The notes beneath the pieces are model-generated. The model was not told the DNA's origin, searched no databases, and saw nothing but the letters and a program-made list of their open reading frames with translations. 64,000 bases of DNA from Planctomycetia bacterium. GTDB taxonomy: Bacteria > Planctomycetota > Planctomycetia > Pirellulales > Thermoguttaceae. The stretch is taken from positions 4,650-68,649 of the forward strand of contig JAUNMR010000014.1 in assembly GCA_030537455.1 (NCBI GenBank), written 5' to 3'. Positions 42,070-50,119 of the stretch are shown here, one piece after another; the stretch's first letter is position 1, and the number at the start of each line of letters is the position of its first letter. Made by a program: the position numbers and the translations under genes.

Positions 42070-43293
42070 TTAGGATTGGGGCTTTGACTCCTTCTCTATT
42101 GTCTTCGACGACATGGCATGTTCCACCAAGCGTAGCGGATTGTGTTCCAGGTCGTTGGAGAATTGCATAACGTAACGACCTTCGAGGATCTTTTTGAGGT
42201 AATCGCCGATAAATTCGCGTCGCCAACCCTGATTCAATCGAGAGATCTCATTTTCCGGCAATAAACCTTCATGACTAGCGATCGCCTTGCGCAGTTCTTC
42301 GGCGGTAAAGCACAATTTCGGCGCCACGCCGCGATGCTGACAATACTGCGCCATGAGCACGTTCAGAAATTGAGTCGCCATGGCGTATTGTGGATAGGAA
42401 CTATGTTGTTCATCGTGTGGTTTCTCGGCGTCGTCGAGACTTACCGCGCGTTTAATGCACTCGCTGAGCTGTTGAACGAGCGTCGACGTCGCGGTCGAGT
42501 TGAGACTGCGAACCACCGCTATACGGTTGGGATCCCAGGAGCCACGACGCGCCAATTCTATAATGACGTCGTCGCGCAAAATCCGATTGGGCGTACAGTT
42601 GCGCGTAATCGCACGCTGACGACGCCAACGCCACAATTCGCGCACAATCGCCAGTTCATTACTCGATAAATTACGCTTGCCGACAAGTTTATGCCACTGA
42701 CCGTCAGAAAAGGAGCTCTCCATTTCCTGACAGTAACTGCGCATTTCCTCCTCAAACCAATCCTGGCGTTTACGTTTATTGAGTCTTTCCCCCAGAACGT
42801 CGGCTATTTCACGCAGATAGATCACGTCTTCAATGGCGTAATCGAGCTGGGAAGTGAGCAACGGTCGACGCGTCCAATCAGATCGCGTCTCGGTTTTCGG
42901 TATGTCTATATTGACGACCTCTTGTACAAGTGATTTAAAATTCAGTGGATAGCCAAGTCCAACAAAGGCGGCGGCTAACTGTACGTCAAACATTCGCGAG
43001 GGAATGCGCGAAATTGAACGAAAGCAGAATTCCAATTCACTACGACAAGAATGTGCGATAGGCAGAACGCTGTCACGACACAGTAAACGCCAGAACTCGC
43101 TAAGATCTTCAATTCTCAGCGCGTCGATCAAATAGAGTCCCTTAGCCGTAGCAACTTGCACCAGACACAAGTCGGGCTGGTAACGTCCCTCGGAGATAAA
43201 CTCCGTGTCGTACGCAATCCAGGAAACGTCAGAAAGTTCCTCTAGAAAAGCTAAATACTGCGACGACATGGATATATATTGGTAATTATGCAT
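42070..43293 (-). CDS. rnd: Ribonuclease D
   Basis: The DEDDy 3'-5' exonuclease motifs are IAYDTEF, AHSCRSELEF and DYAIEDVIYL. A C-terminal HRDC-like region follows. An alternative start is at 43269. Confidence 0.8.
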   Translation of the reverse strand: MHNYQYISMSSQYLAFLEELSDVSWIAYDTEFISEGRYQPDLCLVQVATAKGLYLIDALRIEDLSEFWRLLCRDSVLPIAHSCRSELEFCFRSISRIPSRMFDVQLAAAFVGLGYPLNFKSLVQEVVNIDIPKTETRSDWTRRPLLTSQLDYAIEDVIYLREIADVLGERLNKRKRQDWFEEEMRSYCQEMESSFSDGQWHKLVGKRNLSSNELAIVRELWRWRRQRAITRNCTPNRILRDDVIIELARRGSWDPNRIAVVRSLNSTATSTLVQQLSECIKRAVSLDDAEKPHDEQHSSYPQYAMATQFLNVLMAQYCQHRGVAPKLCFTAEELRKAIASHEGLLPENEISRLNQGWRREFIGDYLKKILEGRYVMQFSNDLEHNPLRLVEHAMSSKTIEKESKPQS

Positions 43294-43392
43294 TCAAAAT
43301 ACTTTACTACAGACGTGAACGCGAAGGGAGGAAACGTCTCAGACACAACGCGAGAGCACATGCTTGCCACGTTGAATCAGGCGGATTTGTTC

Positions 43393-43908
43393 TTAGCGCG
43401 TCAATAACTCCCAAGCGGCCTCAAGCGCTTGAGGAATCGACTTTGCAGAACCAATGGTCGTAATAAAGTTAGCGTCGCCACTCCAGCGCGGCACAATGTG
43501 CCAGTGCAGATGACCAGGCAGACCAGCGCCGGCAACGCGTCCGAGATTTAAGCCGATATTAAACCCTTCCGCATTCATCTTGCTCTCGAGACGATTAGTC
43601 CAGTATGTCAACTCGGACATAATCGTAGCGGTCTCTTCCGGCGTAAGCGCTTCCAAGCGATTAACATGTCGACGCGGCGCGACCAGAAGGTGACCGTTGT
43701 TATAAGGGTATTTATTCAGGAGCGTAATCGTCGTATCGGTACGACCAATGACCAGTCGTTTCTGATCATTAGCAGTATCGACCACGGCCTGACAAATAAA
43801 ACAGGACGGGTCGCCGCCAGGGAGAGTCTCCACCGGTTCAAGCACGTCGTCCTGCTCAGATTTAATATACGCCATACGCCAAGGCGCCCACAATATATCG
43901 TGAGACAT
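43393..43908 (-). CDS. HIT-family nucleotide hydrolase/transferase
   Basis: The histidine triad is GHLHWHIVPR, and WAPWRMAYI lies near the N-terminus. 171 aa. Confidence 0.8.
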   Translation of the reverse strand: MSHDILWAPWRMAYIKSEQDDVLEPVETLPGGDPSCFICQAVVDTANDQKRLVIGRTDTTITLLNKYPYNNGHLLVAPRRHVNRLEALTPEETATIMSELTYWTNRLESKMNAEGFNIGLNLGRVAGAGLPGHLHWHIVPRWSGDANFITTIGSAKSIPQALEAAWELLTR

Positions 43909-43974
43909 AATTCTCTTCTTTATTGTCGTTTCATGAAGCGCCGTGCGCTAGCACAACGCAACTCATGCGTACGG

Positions 43975-45606
43975 TCAGCGTCGACTCTTCGACTTAACCG
44001 TCACAAAGGGGGAATGATATTTAAACGGTTTAGACTCCGCGGGTTTAACTTTCTCGACCGATTGATCCGTCGTGGCGTTGACCGCGCTGGTCACCGGGGT
44101 TATAGACTCTTGACTAACGACGTCCAGCTCCGGGGGTAGCGTCGCCGTTGCGTTCTGTGTAGCTTCAACCACGGCGTCGGGGGGTTCTGCCGGAGTTTCT
44201 GATTCAAGCGTCAACTCAGGTTCAAGCAATAGGTTCAGCTGCGAATGATCAGACTCGGACGAAGCGGCTAGTTCCTGAGCGACTTGGCTATAGCCCTCGC
44301 GTGAGAGACCTAGCGGCACACGCGCGCGAAAAGAGCCAACGCTCAACCAATCGGGGTCGGCGACGCTTAACTCTCCGACGATTTCCTCAGATTGTTCAAC
44401 GGCGCCCCACTTCACTTGCTTCGATTCGCTCGGTTCCATATTGAGAAAGCCGCTTTCAATTGCGTCGTTCTCGGGAATTTTGGGCAAATCGTCATAGACC
44501 GCCACGCGCGCCTCCTCAACGTCTTGCGTAACCAGTGGGGCTGAAAGCTGACCGGAGCGGTACGGAGTCTGATACCCTGTGGGTTCCATAGTTACATGAG
44601 CGGAATCGTCTACTGGGGCGCGGAAAACTCCGTTATACAGAGTGAAATCGTCGCTATCAGAAGCGCGCAAATTTTTTTCCGCGCTGCGTTCGCCGTTCTC
44701 TTCGGCGTTCTGAACGGCGTCAGGCGAAATCATAAAATTGGAATTGATTTCAAACGGGTACGACTGAGAGTCGACGACGTTCGATTCGGTCAGCGTCCGG
44801 TCGGCATAAGGTTGCGCCGTGGCGTTGGGAACGCTATTGGCGGAGGAAAAATCGAAGCTCGCCTCTTGTGGCAATTCAATTTGTTCCGCGTCGCCGTTGT
44901 GTGCAATTAACTTTAATTTACCATGCTCGGCAGACTTTTTAACCGCGTCGAGTTGTTCGCTCGACATGAGCGTAGACACAGTTGAAATACGCTGCGCACC
45001 GTCGACGCTAAAAACGCTCTCGTCGCTAACCGCATAGACGGAGACGCCCTCGACAACCGGTTCGCTAATCAGACGCAGACGACCGCTCTGACGAGAAACA
45101 GAATCGTCTTCGCGCAAAACAACGACGTCCACCAAGTCGCCCGGCTTAATAATACGGTCGAGTTTGGTTGTCTTGAGATAGTTACGACTTCCCTTCTCCT
45201 TGGTGACCGTCGCGATTTCAATCGGCACAACGACATACCCCGGGGGAATGAAAGCGGCGCTTTCCGAGGGAGCCTCGTCATTGGTATCGAGATCATAAAG
45301 GGAGATTGGTTCGCCGTCGACAAGATCACGGGTTATAATACGACCCGGAACGCCGTTGAAGGAAAAAATCCCGTCGCGAGGCAGATCCGCCTCGGGCGTG
45401 CGTGTAAGACGCACGTTCAATGCCGTCAGTTCCGTACCGGCTGGAAGGAAACCATTGGCCACAAGCAACGGTTCGGTAATCGCCGAGTCTGCCGTCATAT
45501 CCTCGACTTCGGGACGTTCTCCGAAGAATGCGTCCTTCACAAGAATAGACATGGCAGTCCCCAGCGCCAGCGCCAGGCACAACGAAGCCCAAGTTTTCCA
45601 AGTCAT
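43975..45606 (-). CDS. SAF-domain protein, CpaB/RcpC-like, with a ~300-aa acidic C-terminal extension
   Basis: An N-terminal anchor (WASLCLALALGTAMSILV) is followed by a SAF-like segment (LLVANGFLPAGTELTALNV...GRIITRDLVDGEPISLYDL) and a CpaB-like segment (GYVVVPIEI...IKPGDLVDVVVL...VEGVSVYAV). Confidence 0.5.
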   Translation of the reverse strand: MTWKTWASLCLALALGTAMSILVKDAFFGERPEVEDMTADSAITEPLLVANGFLPAGTELTALNVRLTRTPEADLPRDGIFSFNGVPGRIITRDLVDGEPISLYDLDTNDEAPSESAAFIPPGYVVVPIEIATVTKEKGSRNYLKTTKLDRIIKPGDLVDVVVLREDDSVSRQSGRLRLISEPVVEGVSVYAVSDESVFSVDGAQRISTVSTLMSSEQLDAVKKSAEHGKLKLIAHNGDAEQIELPQEASFDFSSANSVPNATAQPYADRTLTESNVVDSQSYPFEINSNFMISPDAVQNAEENGERSAEKNLRASDSDDFTLYNGVFRAPVDDSAHVTMEPTGYQTPYRSGQLSAPLVTQDVEEARVAVYDDLPKIPENDAIESGFLNMEPSESKQVKWGAVEQSEEIVGELSVADPDWLSVGSFRARVPLGLSREGYSQVAQELAASSESDHSQLNLLLEPELTLESETPAEPPDAVVEATQNATATLPPELDVVSQESITPVTSAVNATTDQSVEKVKPAESKPFKYHSPFVTVKSKSRR

Positions 45607-45821
45607 GCTTTAACCAATTAGTCCATAAAAAGACGACGTTACGCGACAACGCAGAACGCTCCGCGTCGTCAGAACCACGCCACAAAAGGAGCGCGTCTGA
45701 CGCCTATACAATAGGCGCTTTCCTCCTTATCGTCAAAGCGTTCCCAATTTTTGACAAAATCTTACAAAACGTCAAATTCAACCCAAGCAAAAATACGGCG
45801 CTGAGGGAACCCTCGGCAATT

Positions 45822-46883
45822 CTACTCGGGAATATACGAAGTATCAGGAGTAATGGACTCGCAGTATCGCGCCAAAAGTTCCGCGGCGGCGTCCATGTCT
45901 TTCCAGGAGACGACCTCAACCGGCGTGTGCATATAGCGGTTGGGAATTGAAATCAGCGCAGTAGCCACGCCCGAGCGCGTAACTTGAATCGGCGAGGCGT
46001 CGGTGCCTGTAATACGGTTTTCCGCACAAAGCTGATAAGGAATGGAATTCGTTTCCGCAACGTCCAGGAGCGCGTCGACAAGACGCATGGTCATATTCGG
46101 TCCCTTGCCGACCACCGGACCTTTGCCTAGGAAAACTTCGCCGCTGATCTTCTTGTCGATTGTAGGACAGTCGGTCGCGTGCGTAACGTCCACGGCAATA
46201 CCGACGTTCGGATCGATACCGAAAGCGCTCGTGCGCGCGCCGCGCAGACCAACCTCCTCTTGAACAGTGGAGACCGCAAAGACGCCGACCTTCAGTTTAG
46301 ACGTGTCAATACGTCGCAACGCTTCCATAACGACCCAGACGCCGGCTTTGTCGTCGGTGGACGGCGCGGCTATGCGTTCATTAAGTAGTTCGTGATATTG
46401 CAACGGAATTGTCGCACAGTCGCCCACGCGCACAAGCGCCTGCGCTTCTTCTTTGTTATCCGCCCCGATATCGACCCAAAGGTCGGTGACTTTCGGAACG
46501 CGTTTACGCTCTTCTTCGTTGAGCAAGTGAATCGCTTTACGACCGATCACGCCCTCGACCGGACCATTCTTTGACCAGATCGTCACATTAACGCCCACAA
46601 GCGTTTGAGGATCCCAACCGCCGAGAGGAAGAACAAAAACGAAACCTTCCGCGTCGATGTAATTAACTTCAAGCGCGATTTGGTCGCAGTGACCGGCGAA
46701 CATAACGCGAAAAGGCGCCGAGGGATTGAGCGCCGCTACCACATTGCCATGAACGTCGGTGCGAATCTCGTCGGCAAAATCTTTGACGTAGTCGCGTACG
46801 ACACGTTGGATCTTTTCCTCGTAACCAGAGGGACTAGGCGTAGTGATTAACTGATAAAAGAAATTTCGAGAAGCGTCTGTCAT
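45822..46883 (-). CDS. M42-family aminopeptidase (FrvX/glutamyl aminopeptidase-like)
   Basis: LITTPSPSGYEEK, FAGHCDQIAL, DDKAGV and QEEVGLRGA match M42 metal-ligand contexts. Confidence 0.8.
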   Translation of the reverse strand: MTDASRNFFYQLITTPSPSGYEEKIQRVVRDYVKDFADEIRTDVHGNVVAALNPSAPFRVMFAGHCDQIALEVNYIDAEGFVFVLPLGGWDPQTLVGVNVTIWSKNGPVEGVIGRKAIHLLNEEERKRVPKVTDLWVDIGADNKEEAQALVRVGDCATIPLQYHELLNERIAAPSTDDKAGVWVVMEALRRIDTSKLKVGVFAVSTVQEEVGLRGARTSAFGIDPNVGIAVDVTHATDCPTIDKKISGEVFLGKGPVVGKGPNMTMRLVDALLDVAETNSIPYQLCAENRITGTDASPIQVTRSGVATALISIPNRYMHTPVEVVSWKDMDAAAELLARYCESITPDTSYIPE

Positions 46884-47057
46884 TCCAAACCTTTCATACT
46901 AACGTCGACCTTATCAGCGTAGCGGCGCCTTTGTGTTCAAGCCGTTACGAGAATCGACGCTCCGTTTCGTCCAATTGTATCCCAGTTGTGCTTTTTGTCA
47001 ATGAATCGGCGCTTAGCGCGCTGAGACGACGTCAGGAGCATATAACACAATACGCCG

Positions 47058-48806
47058 TCAATCAGGCAGGCGTCTAATCAGCGTGAGACACTGATCGTCC
47101 GTCTGAGCCTGACCTTCGGAAAAGGCGCGTACTTTCGACACGAGTCGCTCGCGTACCGTCGCGACGTCCTGACCGTCGCGATTGCGTAACGTTTCGATAA
47201 TACGCTTCTCGCCAAAGGCTTCGTAGGCAGGACTGAGCGCGTCGGAAAAACCGTCGCTCATCAGCGCGATCGTCTCGCCAGGTTGAAGTTCGAACGTTAT
47301 CTCTTGATAAACAATTTCCTGTGTCACGCCTAAGGGACAACCCTGGCGATCCACGCCAATTTGTTCGACTTCGCCGTTACATTTAGACAATAACGGATAC
47401 AGATGACCGGCGTTACAAAGGCGCACTACCCCCGTCTTGGGATCCAAAATCAGTAGGACAAAGGTGACAAAACGATCGCCCCAATGGTTTTCGCAAAAGG
47501 CCTTATTCAATCGTGTGGTCGCCGCGACGCAGGACGATTCCAACGCCAAACTATACTTCACCTCCGCGGAGAGTCTCACCATAAGCAACGCGGCGGCGGC
47601 GCCCTTACCGGAAACGTCGCCGAGCGCAATTGCCAGCTGACCGTCGGGAAGTTGGAGATAATCAAAGTAATCCCCGCCGATTATTTTAGCGGGACGATAG
47701 TAATCGCAAAACTCGTAACCGTCTATTTTAGGAGGTTCCAGCGGTAAGAAGTCGCGCTGGATCTGATACGCAAATTGTAACTCGCGCGTGGCAAGTTTCG
47801 ACTCAATTGCCTGGTCGCGATAGCGCTGGTTCTCCCAGTATACGGCCGCCTGATTCGCGACCGCCACGAGCATATTAAGCTCTTTCTGATCGAAACTGCC
47901 GTTCGACTCACGTGCGTCAACCTGGATTACTCCAACAATGACGTCATTGGTCACGTCATAGATTGGAGCGGCCATAACCGAATTCTTAGGACTACTCGAA
48001 CGGCGCGCACGCGTCTCTAGAAAGGTCGAGCCGTTTACTTCCGCGTCATAGAGCGCAGCGGAACGCGTCTCGATAACGTGGCGAAGAATCGAACGACTCA
48101 CACGCACGTTCTCTGTCACGCGGTTATCGCGTCGCATGTAATTTGAAAGTCGCCAAAGTGACTCGCCTTGCTTGTCGAGAGCGTCGTTCGGCGTCATAAC
48201 ACAAGCGGAATCCGCCTGTGGAAACAGTCGCAGAATCGACTTCAAGAATCGTGGAGCAAGGTCGTCTAAGTCCTCTGCTTTACCTAGGTTACGTGCAAAG
48301 TCGAGCAGAACGCGCAGACGTTCTTCGAGCAGATTAATTTCGCGCTGATAATCGACGCTACGTTTGCGCGACTTTTCACCTGGTTTAGAACTTCGAATTT
48401 CAGGAGCGACAGCGACTTGGGAGTTAATTCGAGGCATGACAAGGTCGTCGTGCCACAATATCGTCTTAGAAAGACTCGAATCGTCCTTAGCGTCAAGAAT
48501 GCGACTTGGTTCGTCCAGCGCAAGATAGATCGTATACTCGCCAATGCTAATTTCATCGCCGTCGTGCAACGTTACCGGGTCGTACCCGATACGCTTGCTA
48601 TTCACCTTAACCCCGTTACGGCTCTGCTGGTCTTCGATCTGCCAAAACTCATTGAGTTTGGTTAGACGCGCGTGTTCACGACTCACCGTGTTATTGCTCA
48701 AAACAAGGTCGCAGTAGGGCTGTCGACCGATGAGAATGGAGTCCTTTTCCAGCGCATAGGTCTGAACCGACGAACTTTCAGGGCCGCTAATTATAAGTTT
48801 ATCCAC
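47058..48806 (-). CDS. FHA - GAF - PP2C/SpoIIE-type serine/threonine phosphatase
   Basis: FHA region: ILIGRQPYCDLVLSNNTVSREHARL...NGVKVN. A central GAF-like region follows. PPM region: GGDYFDY, LGDVSGKG, NAGH and SDGFSDA. Confidence 0.8.
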   Translation of the reverse strand: MDKLIISGPESSSVQTYALEKDSILIGRQPYCDLVLSNNTVSREHARLTKLNEFWQIEDQQSRNGVKVNSKRIGYDPVTLHDGDEISIGEYTIYLALDEPSRILDAKDDSSLSKTILWHDDLVMPRINSQVAVAPEIRSSKPGEKSRKRSVDYQREINLLEERLRVLLDFARNLGKAEDLDDLAPRFLKSILRLFPQADSACVMTPNDALDKQGESLWRLSNYMRRDNRVTENVRVSRSILRHVIETRSAALYDAEVNGSTFLETRARRSSSPKNSVMAAPIYDVTNDVIVGVIQVDARESNGSFDQKELNMLVAVANQAAVYWENQRYRDQAIESKLATRELQFAYQIQRDFLPLEPPKIDGYEFCDYYRPAKIIGGDYFDYLQLPDGQLAIALGDVSGKGAAAALLMVRLSAEVKYSLALESSCVAATTRLNKAFCENHWGDRFVTFVLLILDPKTGVVRLCNAGHLYPLLSKCNGEVEQIGVDRQGCPLGVTQEIVYQEITFELQPGETIALMSDGFSDALSPAYEAFGEKRIIETLRNRDGQDVATVRERLVSKVRAFSEGQAQTDDQCLTLIRRLPD

Positions 48807-49058
48807 TAAATCCCCTCTTTATTATACATATCACAATCGCTCGTCTTACTGCTGCTCACGTTTGCGGTCAAATAGGCGCCGCGTTGAACATTGACATGTA
48901 GACGCCAACGCGCAAGGCGACCAAGACCATGTACAGTTTCTTCCATTATACATCCATGGATAGTTATCGTCAATTCAGGACTTAAATGACGATATCAATG
49001 AGACGATAAAGAGCGCGCGTCGTGAGGCGTTTCCTCATGACGCATGTTGCATTGTGGC

Positions 49059-49973
49059 TTAACTTTGCTCTTGTAAATCGCTCGGATAAACCACATTGAT
49101 CATATACAGACCGTGTGCCGGCGCTGTGGGACCGGCAAAGCGTCGATTGCAACTGTTGAGAATCTTGCACATGATTTCAGGGCGTTCATAACCACGATGA
49201 TTCTCGCCGAAAAGATAGAGCGTGCCCATGATCGCGCGCACCATATTATATAAGAACCCATTCGCCTCAATTTCAAAGCAAATCAGCTCGGGTTCGCCGA
49301 AAGGGGGCGGCGCCTCGCTGTGCACGCTCGCAGAACTGTTTGACCTTTCGCGCGACTGTTGCTCTTGCAATTTAGGAAAGTTCCATGCGTCGCTGAGACT
49401 CATGCGCGATAGTTTGACGTCATAAACTGTGCGCACCGTTGTTTTACGCGGAGAACCTTGTGTCTGAAAAGCGCTAAAGTCATGCTGACCCAAAAGGAAC
49501 TGTGCCGCCGCGCGCATGCGCTCTAAGTCGACGCGTTGTAAAAGCATCCATGCATATTTACGAAAGAACGGATAACCTGGACGCGTATCGCTCGCCAGGT
49601 AGCGGTAGCGTTTGCGTACCACGTCGTGGATCGGATGAAAATCCAACGGAACTTCCGTTGTACGCCATATGCGAATATCACGCGGCAAAAAGGAGTTAAT
49701 CGCGCGGGTAAAGACGTCGGTCGGCAACTTCGAACTTGTCGTAAAGGCCGCTACTTGACACATCGCGTGCACGCCGGAATCGGTACGACCGCTACCGAGC
49801 GCCTCCACGCGTTCGCCCACGACGCGAAAGATCGCCTCTTGTAATTCTCCCTGAATCGTCTTGACATTAGGCTGTTTCGGCTGAATTTGCCAGCCGGAGT
49901 AATCGGTTCCGTCGTAGCAAAGTTCTAATTTAATCCGTCGTAATTTCTTTGAGTCTTGCGGTTCGTTCGTCAT
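49059..49973 (-). CDS. truA: tRNA pseudouridine(38-40) synthase
   Basis: YDGTDYSGWQIQP, the catalytic Asp box GSGRTDSGVHA, and FLYNMVR. It contains a ~39-aa low-complexity insertion. Confidence 0.85.
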   Translation of the reverse strand: MTNEPQDSKKLRRIKLELCYDGTDYSGWQIQPKQPNVKTIQGELQEAIFRVVGERVEALGSGRTDSGVHAMCQVAAFTTSSKLPTDVFTRAINSFLPRDIRIWRTTEVPLDFHPIHDVVRKRYRYLASDTRPGYPFFRKYAWMLLQRVDLERMRAAAQFLLGQHDFSAFQTQGSPRKTTVRTVYDVKLSRMSLSDAWNFPKLQEQQSRERSNSSASVHSEAPPPFGEPELICFEIEANGFLYNMVRAIMGTLYLFGENHRGYERPEIMCKILNSCNRRFAGPTAPAHGLYMINVVYPSDLQEQS

Positions 49974-50033
49974 AAATGTCAGTTCGGCGAGGGAAAACTA
50001 AGGTATTGTTAAGTCGTTGATTTAAATAAAGAG

Positions 50034-50065
50034 CGCCGTCGCTCTCGTATGGAGTAGCGACGGCG
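50034..50065 (-). terminator. Probable intrinsic terminator downstream of the 841-aa lipoprotein gene
   Basis: The minus strand reads cgccgtcgct actccatacgag agcgacggcg followed by ctctttattt. That is a 10-bp stem and a T-rich tail. Confidence 0.45.
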
Positions 50066-50119
50066 TCGGTTTAAAGCGCAAATCGTTCACAAAGGAAAGT
50101 TCGTCTAACCGTAACGGCA

